A stretch of DNA of 44,482 bases from an uncultured Gammaproteobacteria bacterium. GTDB lineage: Bacteria > Patescibacteriota > Microgenomatia > Levybacterales > UBA12049. Positions 22,123-31,019 of this stretch are shown piece after piece; the stretch's first letter is position 1; every line of letters begins with the position of its first letter. Both the position numbers and the translations under genes were made by a program. The notes under the pieces were generated by a model that saw only the letters and a list, made by a program, of their open reading frames with translations, made no database searches and was not told the origin of the DNA. Location of the stretch: NCBI GenBank assembly GCA_964562445.1, contig CAZLSZ010000006.1, positions 1 to 44,482 on the forward strand. Direction: 5' to 3'.

Positions 22123-22161
22123 TAGATTGCTTCACCGAGCTAAGCTCGGCTCGCAATGACA
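22123..22161 (+). repeat. Family-A hairpin repeat
   Basis: tagattgcttcaccgagctaagctcggctcgcaatgaca. Confidence 0.85.
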
Positions 22162-22197
22162 ATATTCTGTAAGGGAGTGAACAGTAAAAAGGAGTCT

Positions 22198-23700
22198 ATG
22201 GTTTTTTATAGAAAATATCGTCCGCAAAAAATAGATGATTTAGACAGTGCTGCCGTGCGGGATACGCTTTCATCTGTTCTACAAAAAAATCCACCGCACG
22301 CATTTCTTTTTACTGGTCCCAAAGGTCTGGGCAAAACGTCAACAGCGCGTATCATCGCAAAATCCATAAACTGTACTGACAAAAAGAAAGGGCAGATTGA
22401 GCCCTGTAATGCTTGTGAGCAATGTATCTCCATAACAAACAATACAAATGTCGATATTTTAGAAATCGATGCAGCATCAAATCGTGGCATTGATGAAATA
22501 CGGGATCTGAAAGAAAAAATTAGATTGTCTCCGGTTTCTTCCGCGAAAAAAGTATACATTATTGATGAGGTGCATATGTTGACCACAGAGGCTTTTAACG
22601 CGCTTTTGAAGACATTGGAAGAACCCCCAAGTCACGCGATGTTTGTCCTGTGTACCACAGAACCGCAGAAAATTCCGTCTACGATTCTTTCCCGCTGCTT
22701 CCATATTTCGTTTAAGTTAGCAACATCGGAGGAGCTGGTACGGTCGTTTAAACGGATTATCAAAAGTGAGAAAGCAGATGTCGATGATGAGGCATTACGA
22801 ATGATCGCGGATCTGGCAGATGGAGGATTTCGAGACGGTGTGAAGATTTTGGAAGAAACGATCACGATGGCAGGCGGTAAAAAAGTAACCAAAGCATTGA
22901 TTGAGGAAAAATTTCAAGTATCGACAATCGCTGGTTCGGTACAGCAAATGCTCGGATTTTTTGAGAAAAGAGAAGTACAAAATGGATTGGAATTGATCGG
23001 GCAGTTGGTTTCGCAGGGGATAGATATGAAGTATTTTTTGCAGAAAGTGATGGAGTCGCTGCATGGGCGGCTTTTGCAGCAGATTACTGCAAAAGCCGCT
23101 GATCCCAAAGGATTACAAATAGATGATATTAAACAACTTTTTTTATTACTTAATTCCGCCTACGCGGAGATGAAATACGCGGTTTTGCCGCAATTACCCT
23201 TGGAACTTGCTCTCCTTGAATGGTGCGCTGATCCCGCAGCAAAGCAGTCTTCGCCACAACCGAGGAGAGAATCAGTGATCGCTGCGGATACAACGGTAAC
23301 AGTACAAACCCTTCGCAAACAGGTCAGTTCTATCAAGCGCATGAAAGTATTGTATGGTGATAAAGCGGTTCCTGCTCCTGAAAAAGCTCCTGAAGTAAAA
23401 AAAGAGTTAACTACTGTAGAATTGACGAAAATGAATGGAAAGGGAGATGTCGCTCCCGAGTGGCTTGAGCATTTCTGGAAAAATTTCATCCACGAAATGC
23501 AGAAACACAATCATACTGTCGCTGGACTATTACGGGGCTGTAAAATCAAAAGCTTCACCAAAGAAGTATTAATTATTGAGGCGGGGTATGCATTCCATAA
23601 AGAACGCCTAGAAGAAGCAAAAAATCATGAAGCGCTTTTGAAAGCATGTAAAATACTCACTGGTAATGCGATGGAAATTAAGGTAGAATTGAAGAAATAA
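22198..23700 (+). CDS. dnaX: DNA polymerase III subunit gamma/tau
   Basis: An AAGGAG SD precedes ATG 22198. YRKYRPQKIDDL, FTGPKGLGKTSTARI, the Zn module CNACEQC, and IIDEVHMLT. The track start 22156 lies inside a repeat. Confidence 0.92.
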   Translation: MVFYRKYRPQKIDDLDSAAVRDTLSSVLQKNPPHAFLFTGPKGLGKTSTARIIAKSINCTDKKKGQIEPCNACEQCISITNNTNVDILEIDAASNRGIDEIRDLKEKIRLSPVSSAKKVYIIDEVHMLTTEAFNALLKTLEEPPSHAMFVLCTTEPQKIPSTILSRCFHISFKLATSEELVRSFKRIIKSEKADVDDEALRMIADLADGGFRDGVKILEETITMAGGKKVTKALIEEKFQVSTIAGSVQQMLGFFEKREVQNGLELIGQLVSQGIDMKYFLQKVMESLHGRLLQQITAKAADPKGLQIDDIKQLFLLLNSAYAEMKYAVLPQLPLELALLEWCADPAAKQSSPQPRRESVIAADTTVTVQTLRKQVSSIKRMKVLYGDKAVPAPEKAPEVKKELTTVELTKMNGKGDVAPEWLEHFWKNFIHEMQKHNHTVAGLLRGCKIKSFTKEVLIIEAGYAFHKERLEEAKNHEALLKACKILTGNAMEIKVELKK

Positions 23701-23715
23701 AGGAGGTGATATCTT

Positions 23716-24009
23716 ATGGCATTTAATCCATTTGGACAATTGGGTGAACTCAAAAAGATGCGTGATCAGGCGATGGCTATGCAGCGTCAGCTTAAAATGG
23801 AAGAGGTTGAAGTCAATAAGCATGGTGTGTATGTAAAAATCACCGGAGATCAGGAAATCAGAGAAATTAAATCGAACGGAAAGTCAGATAATGATATCAA
23901 AGGAGCTGTGAATGAAGCTATCAAAAAGTCGCAGGAAGTTGCTGCAAAGAAATTGCAGGAAATGACCGGCGGTATGGGCGGACTTGGCGGTTTGCTCGGA
24001 GGAAAGTAG
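23716..24009 (+). CDS. ybaB: Nucleoid-associated protein YbaB/EbfC
   Basis: An AAGGAGG SD is present. LKKMRDQAMAMQRQLKMEEVEV...VKITGDQEIREIK, with a Gly-rich tail. Confidence 0.88.
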   Translation: MAFNPFGQLGELKKMRDQAMAMQRQLKMEEVEVNKHGVYVKITGDQEIREIKSNGKSDNDIKGAVNEAIKKSQEVAAKKLQEMTGGMGGLGGLLGGK

Positions 24010-24019
24010 CTTTTTGTTT

Positions 24020-24970
24020 ATGACTAATGAACAACCCATATTACTTACGGGGAGGTCTCATGTAGGGCTTGCTCGTGATATCGCAAAGATATTACAGGTG
24101 CAGTTGGATGAGCCGATTACTATTTTTTCTGATGGAGAGATACGTGTACGTATCCCGGAAAATATGCGGCGCAGACATGTTTTTATCATCCAATCGACAT
24201 TTCCCAATGTGAATGATAGCATTATGGAATTGTTGTTTATGATTGATGCCGCAAGACGCTCTTCAGCCGATGAAATTTCCCTTGTTATCCCATATTTCGG
24301 TTATTCACGTCAGGACAGGAAGGAGATGCCGCGTGTTCCGATAAGCTCATCAGTCGTCGCGCGTACACTGGAATACAATGGCGCTTCTCGCATTTTGACA
24401 GTGGACATCCATTCAGGGCAGCAGTTAGGGTTTACCAAAATTCCTTGGGATAATATGTATGCAAGCTACGCGTTGGTCCCCGCAATCCTTTCTGAAAAAT
24501 TAGAAGATTTAGTTGTGGCGTCTCCTGATAAGGGAGGATTGATACGCGCGACCGGATATTCTAAATTACTCAATGCATCCGGGGTCGCTCTGGTGTATAA
24601 AGAACGGGATATCGAAGTAAATAATCAATCAAAGGCGATGGGGATGATAGGACATGTGGAAGGGAAGAATGTGCTGCTGGTGGATGATATGCTTGATACG
24701 GGAGGTACTATCGTACATGCTGCTGAATATATAAAATCCAAAGGAGCAAAAAGTATCAGGATTGCCGTAACTCATGCGCTATTCTCAGGAGACGCATTGA
24801 AAAAACTTGATATAGACGCAATTGATGAAGTGATTATCACCGATACGATTGCGCAGCGTCCGGAAGTTTTAGAAAACAAAAAGATTACCGTCGCTACAGT
24901 CGCTCCGTTATTGGCGAAGTCTATTCAGTGTATTATCTCAGGTGAATCATTGAGTAAATTGATACTATAA
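24020..24970 (+). CDS. prs: Ribose-phosphate pyrophosphokinase
   Basis: FSDGEIRVRI, YFGYSRQDRK, SPDKGG and VDDMLDTGGT. ATG 24020 is preferred over the track start 23984, which overlaps ybaB. Confidence 0.9.
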   Translation: MTNEQPILLTGRSHVGLARDIAKILQVQLDEPITIFSDGEIRVRIPENMRRRHVFIIQSTFPNVNDSIMELLFMIDAARRSSADEISLVIPYFGYSRQDRKEMPRVPISSSVVARTLEYNGASRILTVDIHSGQQLGFTKIPWDNMYASYALVPAILSEKLEDLVVASPDKGGLIRATGYSKLLNASGVALVYKERDIEVNNQSKAMGMIGHVEGKNVLLVDDMLDTGGTIVHAAEYIKSKGAKSIRIAVTHALFSGDALKKLDIDAIDEVIITDTIAQRPEVLENKKITVATVAPLLAKSIQCIISGESLSKLIL

Positions 24971-25004
24971 TTATCTTCGCATAGTGATACTATAAACAAT
25001 TATT

Positions 25005-25610
25005 ATGAAAGTTCCGAAAGCAATTCAGCAGGTAATAGAGTCATTTGAGCGTCTTCCCGGCATTGGTCCCAAGTCTGCGGAACGGTTGACATTTTATTTA
25101 TTACATGTCCCACAAGGTGAATTGGATAGATTTGCTAAATCAATCCAAAATCTTAAAATTGGAACAATAAATTGCTCACAGTGCTTTAATATCGGTGAGA
25201 GTGATCCATGCGAAATATGCTCGGATATGCGCAGGGATCACTCCATCCTTTGTGTTGTGGAGCAGCCGCTTGATATCCTCGCATTGGAAAAAAGTCGCAA
25301 ATATATAGGACTTTATCATGTGCTCCATGGGAAGATTGATCCGCTGAATAATATCGGCCCTGATGAATTACGAATTGGAGAATTATTGGACAGGATAGAA
25401 CATACAGGTGGAGTAAAAGAAATTATTCTCGCGACCAATCCTACAATGGAAGGGGAAGCAACTGCCATGTATATCGCCAAACAAATAAAAATAAAGTCAC
25501 TTGATGTGAAGATTACACGGATTGGTCGCGGACTTCCGGTCGGTGCTGATCTGGAATACGCTGATCCTACTACTCTTGATCGCGCGATGGAGGGAAGAAG
25601 TGAGTATTAG
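25005..25610 (+). CDS. recR: Recombination protein RecR
   Basis: LPGIGPKSAERL (HhH), the Cys4 finger CSQCFNIGESDPCEIC, and a Toprim region ending in EGEATAMYI. Confidence 0.93.
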   Translation: MKVPKAIQQVIESFERLPGIGPKSAERLTFYLLHVPQGELDRFAKSIQNLKIGTINCSQCFNIGESDPCEICSDMRRDHSILCVVEQPLDILALEKSRKYIGLYHVLHGKIDPLNNIGPDELRIGELLDRIEHTGGVKEIILATNPTMEGEATAMYIAKQIKIKSLDVKITRIGRGLPVGADLEYADPTTLDRAMEGRSEY

Positions 25611-25639
25611 TTTTTTGTTATTTATAGTATTATAGATGT

Positions 25640-26248
25640 ATGCCTTTTAATCCCTTCAATGGTTCCGATGGTCCGAGTTTTGAGAGTCCGGACGGGTTAT
25701 CCCAAAAAGTTCAGCAGACGACAAAAAATGTTTCCGCTGCAGCGCAACAACAGGTACAGGCAACAAGAAAATCTTTTGTCGACCAGCTCTATGGAAATAT
25801 ATCTTCGGAAGGAGAAAATTCTGATACTTCTGAAGGGGCGCAGCAGCAAATGCAACAAGCACAAAAGCAATTAGGAGATACCGCTTCCTCCGGTGATATT
25901 TCTAACGCCGCAAAAACACCTGAAGAGCAGGCTCAAATTGAAATGCTTCGTAAAAGATTGCATAAAGAAAATTATTTTGATTATGAACAGAAGACAGTGA
26001 GTGATGAAGCAGTATTAAAAGTTTCGCAGGAGAAAGAGCAGGAATGGCAGACGCGGCAGCAGGAAGAGGAGGAAGAAGCGCAGAGAAAAGAGGAAGAAAA
26101 AGCGCAGCGAGAAGAAGCAATGGGCGGAGTAGAGCCTGCAGGAAAAGGTATGAAAGGGAAAGGAAATGGTCGAAACAGAATGAGTAAACCCATAGCATTG
26201 GAGCGGGCTAAGACAAGGACAGAAATAAACCGCGGCGCTTCAGGATGA
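25640..26248 (+). CDS. Hypothetical Gln/Glu-rich, probably disordered or coiled-coil protein
   Basis: 202-aa ORF with low-complexity QQQ/EEE tracts and a basic C-terminus. Confidence 0.45.
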   Translation: MPFNPFNGSDGPSFESPDGLSQKVQQTTKNVSAAAQQQVQATRKSFVDQLYGNISSEGENSDTSEGAQQQMQQAQKQLGDTASSGDISNAAKTPEEQAQIEMLRKRLHKENYFDYEQKTVSDEAVLKVSQEKEQEWQTRQQEEEEEAQRKEEEKAQREEAMGGVEPAGKGMKGKGNGRNRMSKPIALERAKTRTEINRGASG

Positions 26249-26254
26249 TAGAGC

Positions 26255-26283
26255 TTGACACAAGAGAGAACCTATAGTATAAT
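26255..26283 (+). promoter_or_regulatory. Consensus promoter TTGACA-17-TATAAT
   Basis: TTGACA at 26255-26260 and TATAAT at 26278-26283. ATG 26294 follows 10 nt later without an SD. Confidence 0.75.
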
Positions 26284-26293
26284 TAAGCATCTT

Positions 26294-26830
26294 ATGGGAA
26301 AAGAATTCAACCAAAATTTTGAGAAAGAATTTGCTGGGATGATGCTGCAGGAAAATGTGCGTGATGTCGCTAAAGATGTTCCTCAATTAGTTAAGTATAA
26401 AGTCGGTAGAGGTATCGCAGGAAAATCTGTATCAGGATTATTGCATGATTTAGGACATATTGTGGATGTACCTGATGGACATGATGCTGGTAATCTGCTT
26501 GTGGTTATTCCACTTCAAGGCAGTACTGATCTCAAAGTACTTGCTCCAAATCCTGAAAAACAACAGGAACCATTGCTGCTTGAAGATTCCGCGAAACGGT
26601 TGCAGTTAGGATATCGTGAATCCATGGAGGAAAAATTAACTGCAATGGGTTATGAAGTCGCGCTCTCTGCTGACGATCCCTGTGACACTGAAGCGCTTTT
26701 TCCAATCGTAGAGAAAACAAAAGATTATGTATCAAATATATTATTGGAAAAATTTCAGGATGAATCAAAATATTTTCAAGACCAAAGAAGAAATAGAGAT
26801 AGAGAAAATGGATATCCTGAAGCAAAATAA
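26294..26830 (+). CDS. Hypothetical protein (178 aa)
   Basis: The ORF is trimmed to the first ATG after the consensus promoter (MGKEFNQNFEKEF...). No motif was recognised. Confidence 0.5.
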   Translation: MGKEFNQNFEKEFAGMMLQENVRDVAKDVPQLVKYKVGRGIAGKSVSGLLHDLGHIVDVPDGHDAGNLLVVIPLQGSTDLKVLAPNPEKQQEPLLLEDSAKRLQLGYRESMEEKLTAMGYEVALSADDPCDTEALFPIVEKTKDYVSNILLEKFQDESKYFQDQRRNRDRENGYPEAK

Positions 26831-26887
26831 TTGGTATCGTACATACCTCCTCTTTATATAATCTCTTGCATATACTACACTATATAC

Positions 26888-27070
26888 ATGAATGCATTAG
26901 AGTCAGGTTCATTGAAACGGATGCAAAAAAAAGTTTCCTCAGTTATTGAGATTCCCAATATGGTCAGCTACAATGTCGGGTATTTTACCGGGAGAAGAAT
27001 CGGTGAAGTAATCAAAGCCACTCGATCATCCAAAGTTATTTTTGACGCGAAAAAACATCATAGGAGATAA
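26888..27070 (+). CDS. Hypothetical small basic protein (60 aa)
   Basis: MNALESGSLKRMQKK... The first ATG in ORF 26831-27070 is preceded by AT-rich promoter-like sequence. Confidence 0.3.
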   Translation: MNALESGSLKRMQKKVSSVIEIPNMVSYNVGYFTGRRIGEVIKATRSSKVIFDAKKHHRR

Positions 27071-27084
27071 TGCTTACTCGCTCT

Positions 27085-27112
27085 TTGCATTCTGCATCCT
27101 CTGAGCTATAAT
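27085..27112 (+). promoter_or_regulatory. cysS promoter TTGCAT-16-TATAAT
   Basis: TTGCAT at 27085-27090 and TATAAT at 27107-27112. Seven nt separate the -10 from ATG 27120. Confidence 0.65.
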
Positions 27113-27119
27113 GATTCAA

Positions 27120-28535
27120 ATGCTTAGACTCTATAATTCACTCAGTAGAAAAGTTGAAGATTTCAAACCCTTGCATCCACTGCAAGTCGGGATGTATTCC
27201 TGTGGCCCGACTGTGTATCAATTCGCGCATATCGGCAATCTTCGAGCGTTTACGACATCAGATATTCTTGTACGCGTTCTCCGATACAACGGCTATGATG
27301 TCAATTTCATCATGAACATTACTGATGTCGGACATATGACGCAAGACAGTGCAGGAGGAGGAGATCAGGGGGAAGACAAGATAGAAAAGACAGCAAAACT
27401 TGAAGGAAAGACAGTATGGGAAGTAGCGCAGTTTTATACGGATGTTTTTCTTAAAGATTACGATAGTCTCAATCTGACAAGACCGGATAGATTTTGCAAA
27501 GCGACGGATCACATCAAAGAACAGATTGATCTGGTCAAAAAGATTGAAGAAGCGGGGTTTACGTACGAAACATCTGACGGTATTTATTTTGATACATCAC
27601 TTCTTAAAGACTATGGAAAATTATCTGATATGAAAGCGTCCGAGGATAATTCTCGGATTGGGGTCAATAATGAGAAGAAGCATCCGCAGGATTTCGCGTT
27701 ATGGAAGTTCTCACAGCCCGATGAACAACGTCAGATGGAGTGGAAAAGTCCGTGGGGTAAAGGTTTTCCAGGGTGGCATATCGAATGTAGTGCGATGAGT
27801 ATGAAATATCTTGGAGAATCGTTTGATATCCATACAGGAGGGATTGATCATAAAGAGATCCATCATCCCAATGAAATTGCCCAAGCAGAAAGTGTTACCC
27901 ATAAACCGCTCGCGAAATACTGGCTACATACTGCTTTTATGCTTGTCTCAGGACAGAAAATGAGTAAAAGTTTAGGAAATACCTATACGCTGTATGATAT
28001 TGAGCAGCAGAATTATGATCTGTTGGCGCTTCGGTATCTGTATCTCCAGACACATTATCGACAGGAAATGAACTTCACGTTTGCGTCTCTTGATGGCGCG
28101 CAAAATGCTTTTAAGAAATTAGTTCTGGAAATATCTCGCTGGGAAGATCCGCAGTTTGATTCAGGGAAGGTCTCAAAAGAAGAAGTACATGATTATGAGA
28201 AGCGCTTTCTGGATAGCATAAATGATGATCTCAATATGCCAAAAGCTCTTGCCGTGATGTGGGAAGTAATCAAGTCAGAGCTACCAAGCGGCGCGAAAGC
28301 AAAAATTATTTTCAAAATGGATGAAGTCCTCGGATTGGATCTGCAGAATTTAAGCCATAAGCTGAAAAATGTGCAGCATGTGATTCCGGGACACATCCAG
28401 CAAATGGTCGAAGAGAGACAGCGGCTCAGAAAAACAAAACAGTACAATGCGGCGGATAAAATACGGGCGGAAGTAGAAAAGCTGGGATATATCATTGAAG
28501 ACGGTAAAAAAGGAATTGAAGTGCGAAAAAGATAA
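27120..28535 (+). CDS. cysS: Cysteinyl-tRNA synthetase
   Basis: The canonical N-terminus [24 protein letters not shown] (HIGH), WHIECS and KMSKSLGN. The track start 27111 overlaps the -10. Confidence 0.93.
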   Translation: MLRLYNSLSRKVEDFKPLHPLQVGMYSCGPTVYQFAHIGNLRAFTTSDILVRVLRYNGYDVNFIMNITDVGHMTQDSAGGGDQGEDKIEKTAKLEGKTVWEVAQFYTDVFLKDYDSLNLTRPDRFCKATDHIKEQIDLVKKIEEAGFTYETSDGIYFDTSLLKDYGKLSDMKASEDNSRIGVNNEKKHPQDFALWKFSQPDEQRQMEWKSPWGKGFPGWHIECSAMSMKYLGESFDIHTGGIDHKEIHHPNEIAQAESVTHKPLAKYWLHTAFMLVSGQKMSKSLGNTYTLYDIEQQNYDLLALRYLYLQTHYRQEMNFTFASLDGAQNAFKKLVLEISRWEDPQFDSGKVSKEEVHDYEKRFLDSINDDLNMPKALAVMWEVIKSELPSGAKAKIIFKMDEVLGLDLQNLSHKLKNVQHVIPGHIQQMVEERQRLRKTKQYNAADKIRAEVEKLGYIIEDGKKGIEVRKR

Positions 28536-28538
28536 CAG

Positions 28539-29279
28539 ATGCATAATGTAGAAATAGGTTATATACCACAAGAAAGAAAAGAACAAATTGGCAATGGTGT
28601 TTTGGACCACATATTTATTCTTCCTGATAATAATCGGACATGGGCAAGAAAAAACGGAAAAACCACGAGGGAAGCATATGAGATAGGCGCACGTAATTTT
28701 ATTAGCGTCGCGTCTTGTGCTGCAGATACTCCAGGAGTAGATAATCTTTCGATAATTGTTCTTACTGCCGATAATATACATAAACGCCCCCCACAAGAGT
28801 TAACCGAAATATATGGAGCAGTACGTTCTCATGTGATTGAAACCGGTGTGCCGGTGCTTATCGAAGAGAAAAATGTCCGTTTTGATGTGATCGGAAAGCC
28901 TGAAATGCTTCCTGATGAAATAGCACAAGATCTCAAAGATCTTTCAGCGAGAAGTAAAAAAAATACAGGATTACGTTTTTCTTTGGTATTTGGTTATGAT
29001 CCTGATCAAGAGATGCAAGACGCGATGGATAAGGCAGGTAAGGACGCAAAATGGGCACACGTAAAAAACCATTTATACTTAGAAGAAAAAGGGATTCCAC
29101 CAATATCTGCAATTATTAGGGCCGGAGAGGAGGAACGATTGAGTGGGGTTTTTCCGAATTCAAGTGCGGGTGCGGAATTGTTGTTTAAAAAAAATACACT
29201 ATGGCCTGAATATACAGCAGATGTTTTTCAACAGGACGTGGCTGATTTAAAAAATCGTGTACTTAAGAGAGGGGCATAG
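28539..29279 (+). CDS. uppS: Divergent cis-prenyltransferase (undecaprenyl-diphosphate synthase-like)
   Basis: ILPDNNRTWARKNG (cf. IMDGNRRWA), RFSLVFGYD, and IRAGEEERLSGVF...AELLFKKNTLWPEY (cf. RTGGE.RlSNFLLWQ.aYaElyF....WPdF). Confidence 0.65.
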   Translation: MHNVEIGYIPQERKEQIGNGVLDHIFILPDNNRTWARKNGKTTREAYEIGARNFISVASCAADTPGVDNLSIIVLTADNIHKRPPQELTEIYGAVRSHVIETGVPVLIEEKNVRFDVIGKPEMLPDEIAQDLKDLSARSKKNTGLRFSLVFGYDPDQEMQDAMDKAGKDAKWAHVKNHLYLEEKGIPPISAIIRAGEEERLSGVFPNSSAGAELLFKKNTLWPEYTADVFQQDVADLKNRVLKRGA

Positions 29280-30278
29280 ATGAATTATCGTTATACAATC
29301 GGCGTGGTCGGCGGCACATTTGATCATTTCCATGAGGGACATAAAGCATTGCTCAAAGCTGCTCTGCAAACTGCCGAGCGCGTCATTATCGGTGTTGCGA
29401 CTTCCAAGATTACACAGCAAAAACATTTTTTTTCTTCATTGGAGCCATATGTCATTCGCGAAAAAGCAGTTGCCGAGTATATTCGAAAAAACAAAGCTGA
29501 AAGCAGAGTTAGGATAATACCTATAAATGATATATATGGAAACACCTTGCAGGAGAAAAATATCGACGCAATTTTTGTAACAGAAGAAACAAAAAATGTT
29601 GTATCGCTGCTTAATACCCAGCGTCAGCGTGTGGGAATGAAAGAGATGGAAATGGTTGTTGTCCCATATGTCCTTGCTGAGGATAGCTTACCCATTAGTT
29701 CAGAGAGAATTCGTAGAGGCGAGATTGATCGAAAAGGGTATGTATATGCACTGCATCTGTTAAAGAAAAAAAACTATCATCTTCCCGAAGAAGTTCGTGA
29801 AGATTTGCGTAAGCCGTTTGGGGTTATTTATAAAGATGTGGCAGATATTTTTTCGTTAGGAAACGTACCAATTATTATTTCTGTCGGAGACATCGTATCA
29901 TTATCTTTATATAAACAGGATAGATCTGCTGATATAATGATAGTTGATTTAAAAAATAGAAGGACTTCTCTGCGGGATGAAGATATCGCGATACTCAAAG
30001 AGGGAGAATGTATCATTGCGGTAAAAAATGAGGCTGGTACGATCGCAAAAGAAGCGATTGAAACGATAGGCGGTGCAGTTTCTGATTATCTGTTAACAAA
30101 GAAAAAACAGTCAATCATTATTCATGGTGAAGAAGATTTGCTCGTTATTCCTTCAATTCTTCTTGCGCCTTTGGGAGGATTAATTTTATACGGTCAATTT
30201 GGCAGGGGAGTGATCGGTGTGCCAGTTACGGAAGAAAAGAAAGCGGAGGCAGCAGCGTTATTTAGCAGATTTCGCTGA
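29280..30278 (+). CDS. Fusion of a cytidylyltransferase-fold PPAT-like domain and a DUF359 (archaeal GTP-dependent dephospho-CoA kinase family) domain
   Basis: N-terminal part: GGTFDHFHEGHKALL (HxGH) and ISSERIRRGEI (ISSTxIR). C-terminal part: IISVGDIVS, IMIVDLKNRR and IIHGEEDLLVIPSILLAPLGGLILYGQFGRG, as I recall the DUF359 signature. Confidence 0.6.
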   Translation: MNYRYTIGVVGGTFDHFHEGHKALLKAALQTAERVIIGVATSKITQQKHFFSSLEPYVIREKAVAEYIRKNKAESRVRIIPINDIYGNTLQEKNIDAIFVTEETKNVVSLLNTQRQRVGMKEMEMVVVPYVLAEDSLPISSERIRRGEIDRKGYVYALHLLKKKNYHLPEEVREDLRKPFGVIYKDVADIFSLGNVPIIISVGDIVSLSLYKQDRSADIMIVDLKNRRTSLRDEDIAILKEGECIIAVKNEAGTIAKEAIETIGGAVSDYLLTKKKQSIIIHGEEDLLVIPSILLAPLGGLILYGQFGRGVIGVPVTEEKKAEAAALFSRFR

Positions 30279-30851
30279 ACTATTTTTCCTCGTTCGTCTT
30301 CCGTTTTTCAGACCATTATTGGCAGTCACTTCGGGTGAGAGATAAAATAGCGGGGTCTGATGATTTGCTAATATAATTCGCATTAACTGTATTGTTTTTT
30401 CTATTGCTTCAGGCAATATGTCAGCATCTTTCAGACTGCAGTTTACGTGGATATAAAATTTCCCTTTGGGATCTCGTATCCAATTCCATTTAGTCCTTCC
30501 CGTAAAACAAGCACGATTGCATCCTTTTGCCATTTTCAGTTGACACAGATATTCTAGAAGTATGTGTTCAAAGAGGTGTCCTATTTCCGTATGTCGTACT
30601 TCATCTCTAAAGGCATAACCCTCATCATTAAAGCATTGTGTTGTTAAGACGTTTGGTAAATAGAGCTTGAGAAGTTCGACAATCATGGGGATGTCATTGG
30701 TGTTAACCTGATCGAAAAGAAGCTGCATTGTTATTTTTGCTGCGGTTTGTTTCTGCGTTATGACGAGAGAAAAAAAGTTGTCGACAGTTAATTCCTGTAT
30801 TTTTGGTGACAGAGAATCACTTGCTTGGGCAGGAAGCAATTGTGTGTTCAT
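30258..30851 (-). CDS. Hypothetical protein with an HxxEH motif
   Basis: 197-aa ORF. EIGHLFEHILLEY resembles the inverted zincin motif of M16 peptidases. The C-terminus is basic. The 3' end overlaps the convergent gene by 21 nt. Confidence 0.4.
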   Translation of the reverse strand: MNTQLLPAQASDSLSPKIQELTVDNFFSLVITQKQTAAKITMQLLFDQVNTNDIPMIVELLKLYLPNVLTTQCFNDEGYAFRDEVRHTEIGHLFEHILLEYLCQLKMAKGCNRACFTGRTKWNWIRDPKGKFYIHVNCSLKDADILPEAIEKTIQLMRIILANHQTPLFYLSPEVTANNGLKNGRRTRKNSSAKSAK

Positions 30852-30944
30852 AGTAATAAGTTCAGATAACGGGATATTTATGCCCGTAATTAAACTCTAT
30901 CTACTTTTCACGGAGAAGTCAAGGTGAACAAAATGGGAGAATAT

Positions 30945-31001
30945 GAGATTGCTCCTGCCTGCCGGCAGGCAGGTCTCCTGCTTTGCAGGATCGCAATGAC
31001 A
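30945..31001 (+). repeat. Family-A long form (two hairpins, 57 bp)
   Basis: gagattgct-cctgcctgccggcaggcagg-tc-tcctgctttgcagga-tcgcaatgaca. Confidence 0.9.
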
Positions 31002-31019
31002 TGAATGTTCATCATAAAA

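Noticed and set aside
22156-22197. Longer N-termini given by the ORF track for dnaX (22156), PBP1A (33470), helicase (42728), glyA (4990), prs (23984), gnd (14490), transketolase N (39000), cysS (27111) and the 178-aa orphan (26255)
   Set aside because: The extensions run through hairpin repeats, promoters or the preceding gene. Downstream ATGs give canonical N-termini and/or have an SD or a promoter correctly placed.
21950-22197. SRP (4.5S/scRNA) gene upstream of dnaX, as in Bacillus
   Set aside because: The spacer is fully accounted for by repeat modules. No GGAA/AGCA domain IV motif (..caggtccggaaggaagcagc..) was found here or elsewhere in the window.
22870-22900. A6 run (ggt aaa aaa gta) in dnaX as a programmed -1 frameshift or slippage site producing a gamma subunit
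   Set aside because: It is not an A AAA AAG heptamer in the right frame. It lies much earlier in the protein than known gamma/tau sites, and no downstream stimulatory structure was noticed. The short -1 frame stop is probably coincidental.
23716-25610. prs inserted between ybaB and recR in the conserved dnaX-ybaB-recR cluster as a sign of rearrangement or mobile DNA
   Set aside because: There are no repeats, compositional change or mobility genes at the junctions. It is most likely a benign lineage-specific gene order.
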